A stretch of 64,000 nucleotides of DNA from an uncultured Oscillospiraceae bacterium (GCA_964369915.1 CAYJGG010000003.1:1804-65803), one strand, 5' to 3'. Positions 49,778 to 59,464 are shown, counted from the first letter of the stretch. The notes: generated by a model not told the origin, from the sequence alone. Numbers and translations are program-made.

Positions 49778-51206
49778 TATTATTCTCCTTTTTTATTTCA
49801 TAGCTTTTATTTTTATTTCTAAAACTTGATTTTAATATTCCATCTTGTAAAAAATATTTTGTATTTTCTAGCATTAATAAATAATTATATCCGCTCGTAT
49901 TAACATTTATCATATTTATCAGTAGTATTATTATCCCAAATCCAAACCCAACAACACCAAAAACACCCGACAAAATTAGCACTATTATTCTTAGTATTAT
50001 AACTGATTCATAAAAACTTGGAACAACAAAAGATGAGATAACACTAACAGCGCAAACTATTAAAACCGATGATGAAATAAAGCCTGCAGAAACTGTTGCA
50101 TCTCCTATAATTAATGCTGCAACAAAACTAACTGAATGTCCTATTGGAGTTGGAAGCCGAAGTCCTGCTTCTTTTATAATTTCTAAAGCTATTACAATTA
50201 ATATAGCTTCTAAAAAGAACGGCAACACTGAATTACTGCTCGAATAAATATAAAATATTAATTCTTTTGGTAAGGTTTGAGGTGCATATAAAGTGAAAGA
50301 TATATATAGCCCCGGCAATAAAACCGAAACTAAAAAGGCTATATATCTTATTATTCTCATAAAGGAGGCAAAATATGGCCTTTGGATATAATCATCATTC
50401 GTAACAAAGTTTTCGTGAAAAAAATAAGGATATATTAATGCATAAGGACTTCCGTCTACTAATATTCCTATTTTCCCTTCGCATAACTTTGCACAAAATG
50501 TGTCTGGCCTTTCTGTTTCAAAACTTGCTGAAAATATAGAAGAATTTGTATCATCTATAAATGGCGCAAGATATCCTGCATCAAAAACCATCGGTAAATC
50601 TATTTTACTTAATTTATTTTTTATATCTTTAACCAAATCAATATCTGCAAAATCTTTATTATAGCAAACGCAAACTTCTGTTTTTGTTTTATTTCCTATT
50701 TGCACAGCCTCAATAGCAAAATGCTCCCCTCTTGCTCTTCTTCTTATTAATGCCATATTAACTCTTGAGGAATCTGTAAATCCTTCTTTTGAGCCTTTTA
50801 AATTCCCTTCTTGCGAAGGCTGGCTAACGCTTCTTAAAGGAACACCTTGAGCAGGTAACACTATTGCTTTATCACTGCCATCAATAAAAAGTAAGGCAAA
50901 TCCAGCAGTTAGAAAAAATACTGCATCTTTAAAATTTTCTACTGGGTTTTCATTTGATGGAATAGTTGTTTTATCTATTATATAATCAACTACTTCTTTT
51001 GAAGTTTTTTCTCCTTTTAAGCCATTTAAAGGATTTAAAAATATTTGCCATAGTCTTTGCCTGTCTATCATAGCTTCACACATTATAATTGCTGCTTCTT
51101 TATTGAATATTTTAATTGATTTATAAAAATAGTCAGCAGATAAACAAAAATAATCATCAAAGTATGCTTTATTCTTTTTTAAATTTTCATATAAATTTTT
51201 ATCCAT
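49770..51206 (-). CDS. Spore germinant receptor A subunit (GerA family)
   Basis: 478 aa. GerA-family motifs TERPD, LVDGSPYALI and RLPTPIG, plus a C-terminal TM bundle. Confidence 0.9.
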   Translation of the reverse strand: MDKNLYENLKKNKAYFDDYFCLSADYFYKSIKIFNKEAAIIMCEAMIDRQRLWQIFLNPLNGLKGEKTSKEVVDYIIDKTTIPSNENPVENFKDAVFFLTAGFALLFIDGSDKAIVLPAQGVPLRSVSQPSQEGNLKGSKEGFTDSSRVNMALIRRRARGEHFAIEAVQIGNKTKTEVCVCYNKDFADIDLVKDIKNKLSKIDLPMVFDAGYLAPFIDDTNSSIFSASFETERPDTFCAKLCEGKIGILVDGSPYALIYPYFFHENFVTNDDYIQRPYFASFMRIIRYIAFLVSVLLPGLYISFTLYAPQTLPKELIFYIYSSSNSVLPFFLEAILIVIALEIIKEAGLRLPTPIGHSVSFVAALIIGDATVSAGFISSSVLIVCAVSVISSFVVPSFYESVIILRIIVLILSGVFGVVGFGFGIIILLINMINVNTSGYNYLLMLENTKYFLQDGILKSSFRNKNKSYEIKKENNND

Positions 51207-51305
51207 AGTAACTCAATCTCCTTTTTATTTATTATTGACAAACTGTTTAAATTTAACGCTTTATGCCATAATTAATATATAAATTAAAATTAAAATGGAG
51301 TTTAT

Positions 51306-51956
51306 ATGTTTGGAGTTATAAGTAGAACAACTATTATGTTTATTCTAATGATGTTTGCAATGAGAATTATGGGCAAAAAAAATTTAGGCGAATTTCAGCC
51401 TAATGATTTAGTGTCCACTATATTAATATCTAATTTAACCTCCCTTGTTTTAGAAGCTCCAGAGCTTCCTATTTTTTATTCTATAATCCCTATATTATTA
51501 ATTATGTGTTATGAAGTTTTTTTATCTATGGCTTCTAAAAAAAGCGATAAAATATCAGTTTTAACACAAGGCTCAAGTAAAGTTTTAATTTTTGATGGAG
51601 TTATTAATCAAAGCGTTATGCAGGATTTACGACTAACTGTTAACGATATTTTAGAAGGAATGCGAAATAATGGAATTTTTTATTTAGAAGAAATATCTAT
51701 TGCCATTATCGAAACAACTGGAGCTATTAACATCTATCCAAAGCCAAACTTTGAAAAAACTCTAACAAAAAGTGATATTCCACCTTTTGCAGTAATAAAA
51801 AATGGTAAGTTTTCAAGTTCATTTTTTCATTATACTAAAATAGAAAAATCTATAATAGAAAATATTTTGAATGATAACTCTTTAAATCTTAAAGATATTC
51901 TATTAATGACTTTAGATGGTAATATGCATTACAACATTACAAAAAAGGAGATATAA
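51306..51956 (+). CDS. YetF-like DUF421 membrane protein
   Basis: 216 aa. N-terminal TM segments with RIMGKKNLGEFQPNDLV typical of DUF421 and a C-terminal soluble domain. SD GGAG upstream. Confidence 0.8.
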   Translation: MFGVISRTTIMFILMMFAMRIMGKKNLGEFQPNDLVSTILISNLTSLVLEAPELPIFYSIIPILLIMCYEVFLSMASKKSDKISVLTQGSSKVLIFDGVINQSVMQDLRLTVNDILEGMRNNGIFYLEEISIAIIETTGAINIYPKPNFEKTLTKSDIPPFAVIKNGKFSSSFFHYTKIEKSIIENILNDNSLNLKDILLMTLDGNMHYNITKKEI

Positions 51957-51957
51957 T

Positions 51958-52317
51958 TTGAAACATTTTAAAATTTGTATTTCAGTATTTTGTTTAGTAA
52001 TATTTTTTACATTTTTTGTTGATTATAATGCCACTTTAACTATAGATAATTTAATAAATTATTCTAATATACTTATATTAAAAGAAGATATTTTAGAAAA
52101 TCAATATGATTATCAAAATATAAATGATGTTTTTTATAAAAATAAAAATATGCTCTTTATTCTAATGAATAAAGAGCATATTAAAGAAATCGATATTTTA
52201 ATTAATGAATTAAATTTAGCTTTTGAAAATGATAATAGTGAAAAAGCAAAAGAAACTTCTTTAAAGCTTTATACCTTTTTAAAATACTCAAAATCAAATA
52301 TTTATAGTATTATTTAG
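51958..52317 (+). CDS. Small N-terminally anchored protein (possibly DUF4363-like)
   Basis: In-frame TTG at 51958 lies 7 nt after AAGGAG and 1 nt after the DUF421 stop. It gives 119 aa with one N-terminal TM segment. The ORF track's ATG at 51916 lacks an SD. The family name is from memory only. Confidence 0.5.
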   Translation: MKHFKICISVFCLVIFFTFFVDYNATLTIDNLINYSNILILKEDILENQYDYQNINDVFYKNKNMLFILMNKEHIKEIDILINELNLAFENDNSEKAKETSLKLYTFLKYSKSNIYSII

Positions 52318-52774
52318 AATTCTTTTTTGAAAGCAATTCATTTAATTCTTCAAGGAAAGTGTTAACATCGCTAAACTGTCTATAAACAGATGCAAATCTC
52401 ACATAAGCTACTTCGTCTAAACGTTTAAGTTCGTCCATAACCAATTCCCCTAAATCCATTGAAGAAATTTCATTTTTTAAGCTATTCACTAATTTATATT
52501 CAATTTTATCAACTGATTCTTCTAAGTCTTTTCGAGAAACAGGACGTTTTTCGCAAGATTTCACCATACCATTTAATAATTTATCTCTATTAAACACTTG
52601 GCGAGAATTATCTTTTTTAATTACAACAATTGGAGTTGTTTCGATAACTTCAAATGTTGTAAATCTTTTTTGACAGCTAATGCATTCTCTTCTTCTTCTA
52701 ATTCTTTCGCCATCTTCTGTTGGCCTAGAATCCACAACCTTACTATCAATACTACCACAAAACGGACATTTCAT
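52310..52774 (-). CDS. nrdR: Transcriptional repressor of ribonucleotide reductase genes NrdR
   Basis: 154 aa. Zinc ribbon CPFCG...CISC followed by an ATP-cone. SD AAGGGGA. Confidence 0.95.
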   Translation of the reverse strand: MKCPFCGSIDSKVVDSRPTEDGERIRRRRECISCQKRFTTFEVIETTPIVVIKKDNSRQVFNRDKLLNGMVKSCEKRPVSRKDLEESVDKIEYKLVNSLKNEISSMDLGELVMDELKRLDEVAYVRFASVYRQFSDVNTFLEELNELLSKKNSK

Positions 52775-52788
52775 ATAATTCCCCTTAA

Positions 52789-53049
52789 CTACATTAATAT
52801 TAAATTATACACTACATCTTCTAAATGCACAGGGTGTATAATATTTTCTTTAATAATATTATACATATTTTTTGCATCTTTTTCAATACTTGTAATTTGA
52901 AAAACTTGTGATGAATTATCATTTAATAAATCTGTGATTTTTATTCCGTACATCGTTTTTTCTAAAGCATTATGCGTAAATAACGTAAACACAAACCTAT
53001 CCTCTATTTTACTAGAAGATACAATAGAATTTAAAATTTTATTTTTCAT
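52789..53049 (-). CDS. Small hypothetical protein co-oriented with nrdR
   Basis: 86-aa ORF ending 14 nt upstream of the nrdR start. Weak SD and no recognisable motifs. Coding status uncertain. Confidence 0.45.
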   Translation of the reverse strand: MKNKILNSIVSSSKIEDRFVFTLFTHNALEKTMYGIKITDLLNDNSSQVFQITSIEKDAKNMYNIIKENIIHPVHLEDVVYNLILM

Positions 53050-53150
53050 ATAATTTGCACTATCATCTCTAATAAGATTTAATTAAAAATACGTAGATAA
53101 AGATTTATCTTTTAGAGAATCACCTTTCAAAGTTTTTACAACAACACACT

Positions 53151-53170
53151 TTTGTAAAACATTTTACAAA
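53151..53170. promoter_or_regulatory. Operator-like perfect palindrome TTTGTAAAA-CA-TTTTACAAA
   Basis: 9-bp arms with a 2-bp spacer, too tight to be an RNA hairpin. Overlaps the candidate -10 (TAAAAT) of the small-ORF/nrdR promoter. Confidence 0.4.
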
Positions 53171-53188
53171 TTATTCATAAATTAACAA
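53161..53188 (-). promoter_or_regulatory. Candidate sigmaA promoter of the small ORF-nrdR pair
   Basis: Minus strand: TTGTTA (53183..53188), 16 nt, TAAAAT (53161..53166). Confidence 0.35.
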
Positions 53189-53259
53189 GTTTTATTATAT
53201 CCTTAAATCAAAAAAATGTAAAGTATAAAACTTTTGAATTTACAATTTTCGACAAAACA

Positions 53260-54042
53260 TTATTTAAAACGCAGAAATTCTAAAGATTTTTTTAGTGAAT
53301 TTATATCATCGTATCTATCTTCATACACTTCAATAAGCATAACTTTTGCAGTGGTATTATTTTTAACGTACTCTGCAAATTTTCTAAAATCAAAATCTCC
53401 AACTCCAGGAAGCAAACTATCTTGACTCTCTGTAAAATCAGAAATATGAACATGAGAAAGTCTATTTTTCATAACGTTTAGAATAGAATATATATCTTCT
53501 TTTGCTCTAACTGCTTGTTTTATATCAAAAGTGAAAAGCAAATTATCTCTAGTATTATTATAAATAAATTCAAGGTTTTCTTTTGAATGTGAAACATATT
53601 TATTAACGTTTTCTTGAGATATATAAACCCCATATTCACATGCTTTATCTGCTAAAATATTCATTATTTGAGCGTATCTCTCTAAAGATATGTGAGTATG
53701 GTCTAAAAAGCTACCATGAAACACTACATATTTTGCTCCTAAAATATTGCAAGCTCTAAAATATCTTTCATAAAATTTTATTGAATCTTCAAGTTTTGCA
53801 ACATAATTAAATTTTGAAAAAAACAAAAAACCTTCAATTGCAGATGTAAATGGATGAATTGCAACAATCTCAACCCCGCCTTCATCTGCTATTTTTTTAA
53901 GTTCTAATAAATATTCTTTTGAAAGTTCGCTATCGGCATTTATAAATATTTCAGCGTATTTTACACCTATTTTTGTAAGATTTATTAATGCTTCTTTTGG
54001 AGTTTTTGGAAAAAAGCAACCTGTAGAAATTCCATATTTCAT
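53260..54042 (-). CDS. Sugar-phosphate isomerase/epimerase (xylose-isomerase-like TIM barrel)
   Basis: 260 aa with the pattern typical of the AP_endonuc_2 / TIM-barrel family (YAEIF, VVFHG, QENV, HISD). Confidence 0.8.
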   Translation of the reverse strand: MKYGISTGCFFPKTPKEALINLTKIGVKYAEIFINADSELSKEYLLELKKIADEGGVEIVAIHPFTSAIEGFLFFSKFNYVAKLEDSIKFYERYFRACNILGAKYVVFHGSFLDHTHISLERYAQIMNILADKACEYGVYISQENVNKYVSHSKENLEFIYNNTRDNLLFTFDIKQAVRAKEDIYSILNVMKNRLSHVHISDFTESQDSLLPGVGDFDFRKFAEYVKNNTTAKVMLIEVYEDRYDDINSLKKSLEFLRFK

Positions 54043-54072
54043 TTATAATTTCACCTTTAATTTTAATAATTT

Positions 54073-57000
54073 TTATCCAAATAATGATACTTGATTGCTT
54101 TTTGGCAGGTGATTTAATGCACCTGCATTATTTAAAGCTTCGATAACAGCACTAGAAACACCACTTTGAGATTGTAAATCTTCAATAGAAATAAATGATT
54201 TTTCTCCTTTGCAAGTTTCTTCTAAAGAAATTGCAGCACTCTCACCTACTCCTTTTAAAGATGAATATGGAAGACGTATTTTACCATCTTCTATATTATA
54301 TTTTTTAGCACTACTTTTCCCAAGTTCTATTGGTAAAAACTCTAAATTCCTTGATAACATCTCGCAAACCATTTGAAGAGATGTTCTAAGTTCTTCATCT
54401 TTTGCAACTTTTTCGATTTTCAATCTTTCTGTTACATCTTTTAAACTTTTTATCGCAACAGCTTTTCCTTTAATTGCAGATTGATAATCAATAGCTTCTC
54501 CCCTAACTGTAAAATAAGTTGCATAAAAAGCAATTGGATAATATTTTTTAAACCACATTAATCTAACAGCTGCCATTAAATAAGCAACAGCGTGAGCTTT
54601 TGGGAACATATATTTAATTTTTTTACAGCTTTCTATATACCAATCTTCAACTCCATTATCACGAAGCATTTTTTCAGTATCTTGGGTAAAATCTTTTGCA
54701 GCTTTGCCTTTTCTTGTAACTTCCATTATTCTAAAGGCTTCAGCTTTATCTACTCCCTTTTTAATTAAAGTAATCATAATGCTATCACGAGTTCCAATAA
54801 CATCAGTGATAGTGCATATATTATTTTTAATTAAATCTTGAGCATTTCCATTCCACACGTCGGTACCGTGAGAAAGTCCTGAAATTTGAATTAAATCGGC
54901 AAAACTCTTTGGTGATGCTTCAACTAACATTTGGCGAACAAAGTCTGTTCCAAGTTCTGGAATACCAAATGTAGCTGTTTTGCTTTTTATATCATCAGGA
55001 TTAACTCCTATTGGCTCAGTGCTTGTAAGCATTTTATAAACTTCTTTATCGTTCATAGGAACATCCGCCATTTTAACGCCTGTTAAATCTTCTAAATGCT
55101 TATACATAGTAGGCACATCGTGTCCTAGTATATCAAGTTTTAATAAAGTATCGTGAAGATATTTAAACTCAAAATGAGTAGTTATAACACCTTTTTCTTT
55201 ACTATCGGCTGGATGCTGAATTGGACAAAAATCAAAAATATCATTTTCACTTGGAACAACAACCATCCCCCCTGGATGTTGACCTGTTGTTTTTTTAACT
55301 CCAGAACAACCGATAGTTAGCCTTGTTTCTTCTGCTTTGTTAACTACTATTTCTCTTTCATCAAGATATTTTTTTACATAACCATAGGCTGTTTTATCTT
55401 GCAGCGCAGACATTGTTCCAGCTTTAAAAACATATTCTTGTCCAAATAATTCTTCTGTATATTTATGTGCAAAAGCTTGGTATTCGCCTGAAAAATTTAA
55501 ATCTATATCTGGCTCTTTATCTCCGTTAAAACCTAGGAACGTTTCAAAAGGAATATCATTTCCATCACCTATTAATTTACTAGAACAAACAGGACAATTT
55601 TTATCTGGTAAATCAAAACCTGAGGTTATTTCACTAGGTATATCAAAATCACTATACTTACACTCTTTGCAAACATAGTGTGCAGGAAGTGGGTTAACTT
55701 CTGAAATACTAGCAAAAAAAGCAAGTGCAGATGAGCCAACTGAGCCCCTTGAGCCAACTAAATATCCGTTTTCTTCACTATTTTGAACTAGTTTTTTTGC
55801 TATAACATACAAAACAGCATAGCCATGCTCTATAACACTAGTTAATTCTCTTTCAATTCTATCAACTATTAATTCTGGTGGATTTTCACCATAAATTGAA
55901 TGAAGTTTATCATATGTTGATGTTCTTAATTCTTCTTCAGCGCCATCTAATTTTGGCGGGAAAGTGCCTTTTGGAATTGCACGAATTCCTGGTTCTATCA
56001 TATCTGCTATTAAATTAGTGTTAGTTATAACAACTTCTTCTGCCTTTTCTTTTCCAAGATATGTAAACTCTTTAAGCATTTCATCAGTTGTTCTAAAATA
56101 TAACGGTGCTTGATTATCTGCATCTTTAAAGCCTTTCCCAGCCATTAAAATTGCCCTATAAATTGAATCTTGCATAGTTAAAAAATGAACATCACCTGTT
56201 GCAACAACTGGAATATTTAATTCTTCGCCTAAATCCACTATTGTTCTATTATACTCTTTTAGAGTTTCAATAGATTCAGCTTTACCTTCTCTTACCATAT
56301 ATTCATTATTTAAAAGGGGTTGAATTTCTAAAAAGTCGTAAAATGATGCTATTTCAAGTAGTTCATCTTTTGATTTGCCATCAACAATTGCACGAAATAA
56401 ATCCCCAGCTTCACAAGCCGAGCCTAAAATAAGTCCATCTCTATGCTTTATTATTTCACTTTTTGGCATTCTTGGAGTGCCTAAAAAATAATTAAGATGC
56501 CCGTATGATATTAATTTATATAAATTTTTAACTCCTGCTTGAGTTTTTGCTAGTAAAATTATATGATTACTTCTTCTTGGTAGAGTTTCCGTGCTACTTA
56601 AAGAATGATTAATATCTTCAATATTAAAAATTTCTTTTTCATGTAGCTCTTCTATTAGTTTATTTAAAATTTGAGCTAGAATTTTAGCGTCGTCAGTTGC
56701 CCTGTGATGATTAAATCCGCCTAATTTATAATAATCTGCCACATTATTTAATTTATGGCTTTTAATTTTAGTTAAAAGGTTTCTCGCTAAAGGAAGAGTA
56801 TCTAAGGCTGAGTAATTAAATCTTTCATTAACTCTCTCACCAACAACTTTAATAAAATTAATATCAAAACTAAAAGCATTATGTGCCACAAGTATTCTAT
56901 TATCTATAAACTTTTTAAAACTTGCTATTGCCTCTTTTTGACTTGGTGCTCCTACAAGCATATCATCAGTTATTCCAGTTAGCTCTATTATTTTAGCTGT

Positions 57001-58362
57001 AAGAGGTTTTTTAGGATCAACAAAAGAATGAAATTCATCTACGATTTCACCATTTTTTAAAACAACTGCACCTATCTCGGTTATTTCTTCTAATTTTGGA
57101 TTTAATCCTGTTGTTTCAATATCAAAAACAACATATTCAATATCTTTTAAAGCTCCTTTTTTATCGCCTTTATAAACATTAACTATATTATCTACTAAAT
57201 ATCCTTCACATCCATAAATAACTTTAAAATCAGGATCATTTTTTTGAATTCTATCTGCTTCAATCATTGCTTGTGGAAAGGCTTGAGCTACTCCATGGTC
57301 TGTTATTGCAACAGCCCTATGCCCTAATTCATATGCATATTTAACGGCTTCATCTGCCCCTATTAATGCATCCATAGCCGATAACTTAGTATGTAAATGA
57401 AGTTCTATTCTTTTTTTTACTGCCGTGTCTTTTTTAGTTTCTAATTCAAAAGATAAAATATCATCTGGCATTATGACATAATCTCTTTCGTATTTATCCA
57501 TTTGAACATTACCACGAATAGCAAAATGCATTCCTGGCTTTATATTTTCCCATTTTTCTAAATTTTTATCATTAGGATCAAATATTAATTTTGCATTAAT
57601 TGAATTTGTTCCATCACTTAAAGAATATATATATATCTTTCTAAAATTACCTTGTAAATTACAAGCAAAAACCTTACCCCAGATAAGAGATTTCCCAGTT
57701 TCTTCTAAGGCTAATTTTATGCTAATTGGTTTTTTTGCATCAAAATATTTACCTAATAAAACCTTTGTAGAACCAGGTTTAATATTAAGCCCTGGTATTT
57801 CAACATCTTTTGTTTTTGGTCTATTATCAATTTGAAAGGATGGAATTGGCACAGGCATTTTAAAACTCGGCTCATCTTTTATTTCATATCCTTCAATTTC
57901 AAATAAATTAATAGTTATCATTTCGCCACATAAAAGCGAAATATATTCACTTAAAGAATTTGAGAATTTATTTTCTTTTAAAAACGTGTAGCCTCTGCCA
58001 ACGTGAATATCAATATTTTTATCATAAACATCAATTTGTGCATCTTTAAAAAACTGAGTTGGTATATAAGAAACAGACTCGCAGTATAAATTTAATAAGC
58101 TATCAAAATCTTTTTTTGCAAATGATGAAAATTCGAATTTATTGATTATTTCAATTGAAAAATCTATATATTTATCGCTTAGAAAATTTGCAAAATGGCA
58201 TAAAGCCCCATAACTAATCAGCTGTTTTGATTTTATAACTGCTGATAGCTTGGAGCTTTTTCTATGTACATCAATTTTTTCTAAAAATGCGTCCATAAAT
58301 TCATGAACATAAGCATTTCCATTATTATATTCATTATAAATTGTTAAAATTAAATTAGTCAC
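54073..58362 (-). CDS. polC: DNA polymerase III PolC-type
   Basis: 1429 aa. PHP domain (HLHTKLSAMDA) interrupted by a DEDD 3'-5' exonuclease (VVFDIETTGL), then the polymerase core. Confidence 0.97.
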   Translation of the reverse strand: MTNLILTIYNEYNNGNAYVHEFMDAFLEKIDVHRKSSKLSAVIKSKQLISYGALCHFANFLSDKYIDFSIEIINKFEFSSFAKKDFDSLLNLYCESVSYIPTQFFKDAQIDVYDKNIDIHVGRGYTFLKENKFSNSLSEYISLLCGEMITINLFEIEGYEIKDEPSFKMPVPIPSFQIDNRPKTKDVEIPGLNIKPGSTKVLLGKYFDAKKPISIKLALEETGKSLIWGKVFACNLQGNFRKIYIYSLSDGTNSINAKLIFDPNDKNLEKWENIKPGMHFAIRGNVQMDKYERDYVIMPDDILSFELETKKDTAVKKRIELHLHTKLSAMDALIGADEAVKYAYELGHRAVAITDHGVAQAFPQAMIEADRIQKNDPDFKVIYGCEGYLVDNIVNVYKGDKKGALKDIEYVVFDIETTGLNPKLEEITEIGAVVLKNGEIVDEFHSFVDPKKPLTAKIIELTGITDDMLVGAPSQKEAIASFKKFIDNRILVAHNAFSFDINFIKVVGERVNERFNYSALDTLPLARNLLTKIKSHKLNNVADYYKLGGFNHHRATDDAKILAQILNKLIEELHEKEIFNIEDINHSLSSTETLPRRSNHIILLAKTQAGVKNLYKLISYGHLNYFLGTPRMPKSEIIKHRDGLILGSACEAGDLFRAIVDGKSKDELLEIASFYDFLEIQPLLNNEYMVREGKAESIETLKEYNRTIVDLGEELNIPVVATGDVHFLTMQDSIYRAILMAGKGFKDADNQAPLYFRTTDEMLKEFTYLGKEKAEEVVITNTNLIADMIEPGIRAIPKGTFPPKLDGAEEELRTSTYDKLHSIYGENPPELIVDRIERELTSVIEHGYAVLYVIAKKLVQNSEENGYLVGSRGSVGSSALAFFASISEVNPLPAHYVCKECKYSDFDIPSEITSGFDLPDKNCPVCSSKLIGDGNDIPFETFLGFNGDKEPDIDLNFSGEYQAFAHKYTEELFGQEYVFKAGTMSALQDKTAYGYVKKYLDEREIVVNKAEETRLTIGCSGVKKTTGQHPGGMVVVPSENDIFDFCPIQHPADSKEKGVITTHFEFKYLHDTLLKLDILGHDVPTMYKHLEDLTGVKMADVPMNDKEVYKMLTSTEPIGVNPDDIKSKTATFGIPELGTDFVRQMLVEASPKSFADLIQISGLSHGTDVWNGNAQDLIKNNICTITDVIGTRDSIMITLIKKGVDKAEAFRIMEVTRKGKAAKDFTQDTEKMLRDNGVEDWYIESCKKIKYMFPKAHAVAYLMAAVRLMWFKKYYPIAFYATYFTVRGEAIDYQSAIKGKAVAIKSLKDVTERLKIEKVAKDEELRTSLQMVCEMLSRNLEFLPIELGKSSAKKYNIEDGKIRLPYSSLKGVGESAAISLEETCKGEKSFISIEDLQSQSGVSSAVIEALNNAGALNHLPKSNQVSLFG

Positions 58363-59416
58363 TGTTTTCCTCTAAATAGTTTTTAATATCTTGTATAAAT
58401 TCTTCTATATAATCGCCTTGTAAAGTTTTTATTCTTTCGCCTTTTTTAAACATAACTGCATTATCAATTCCGCAAGCAATACCAATATCGGCTTCTTTTG
58501 CTTCTCCTGGCCCATTAACAGCACAACCCATAACAGCTATTTTTATATTTTTATCTATTCCTTTTAAGCTTTCTTCAACTTTTGAAGCTAAAAAAGCTAT
58601 ATCTTGATTTGTTCTTCCGCATGTTGGACACGATATAATTTCAGGTCCATTAACTTTCACTCCGCTCGCTCTTAAAATATCAAATCCAGCAGAGATTTCT
58701 TTAATTGGCTCGTCCGTTAAACTAACTCTTATTGTATCGCCTATTCCTTCTCTTATTAAAGAGCCAATACCAATAGCAGATTTAATTAAACCCATTCTAT
58801 AAGTGCCGGCTTCAGTAACGCCTAAATGAAGTGGATAATCGCACATAGACGATAAGAGAGTGTATGCTTTAATCATGGTATCAACATTTGAAGATTTAAT
58901 TGAAACTACTATATTATAAAATTCAAATTTTTCTAATAATTTAATGTGATACATGGCACTTTCACATAAAGCTTCTGGCGTTGGCGAACCATGTTTTTTT
59001 AAAATTTCTTTTTCAAGACTGCCCGCATTTACACCAATTCTAATTGGAATATTTCTTTCTTTACAAGCCTCAACAACAGCCTTTACTTTTTCATCGTTTC
59101 CAATATTACCAGGGTTAATCCTAACTTTATCTACACCTGCATTTATACAAGCTAAAGCAATTCTATAATCAAAATGTATATCAGCAACAATAGGAATATT
59201 TATATTTTCTTTTAAAGCAGTTATAAGCTGAACATCTTTTAAAGAAGGCACACTAACTCTTACAATTTGGCAGCCTTCTTTTTCTAAATTTTTAGCCTGC
59301 ACTACATTACCTAAAATATCATCTGATTTAACATTTAGCATACTTTGAACTAAAATAGGATTTTCACCGCCTATTTTTATATTACCTATTCTAATTTCTT
59401 TTTTTAATTTTCTCAT
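58355..59416 (-). CDS. ispG: 4-hydroxy-3-methylbut-2-enyl diphosphate synthase
   Basis: 353 aa. TIM-barrel N-domain and a C-terminal Fe-S domain (CPTCGR...GC). Overlaps the polC start by 8 nt. Confidence 0.95.
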   Translation of the reverse strand: MRKLKKEIRIGNIKIGGENPILVQSMLNVKSDDILGNVVQAKNLEKEGCQIVRVSVPSLKDVQLITALKENINIPIVADIHFDYRIALACINAGVDKVRINPGNIGNDEKVKAVVEACKERNIPIRIGVNAGSLEKEILKKHGSPTPEALCESAMYHIKLLEKFEFYNIVVSIKSSNVDTMIKAYTLLSSMCDYPLHLGVTEAGTYRMGLIKSAIGIGSLIREGIGDTIRVSLTDEPIKEISAGFDILRASGVKVNGPEIISCPTCGRTNQDIAFLASKVEESLKGIDKNIKIAVMGCAVNGPGEAKEADIGIACGIDNAVMFKKGERIKTLQGDYIEEFIQDIKNYLEENSD

Positions 59417-59464
59417 ACAAATGCTCCTTTGAATATTTACTAAAAGGAAATTGCGTCATTTTAA

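Noticed and set aside
51207-51305. SigmaG/sigmaF-type promoters in the gerAA/DUF421 divergent region (GCATA on the minus strand; GTTTA-17-CATAATT on the plus strand)
   Set aside because: On the minus strand the spacing is wrong (about 24 nt). On the plus strand the match lacks the conserved A in the -35 and the TA at the end of the -10. These are chance-level matches in AT-rich DNA.
53248-53254. Perfect Spo0A box (TGTCGAA on the minus strand) upstream of the small ORF-nrdR pair
   Set aside because: A single 7-mer is expected to occur by chance several times in 64 kb. There is no second box or other supporting context.
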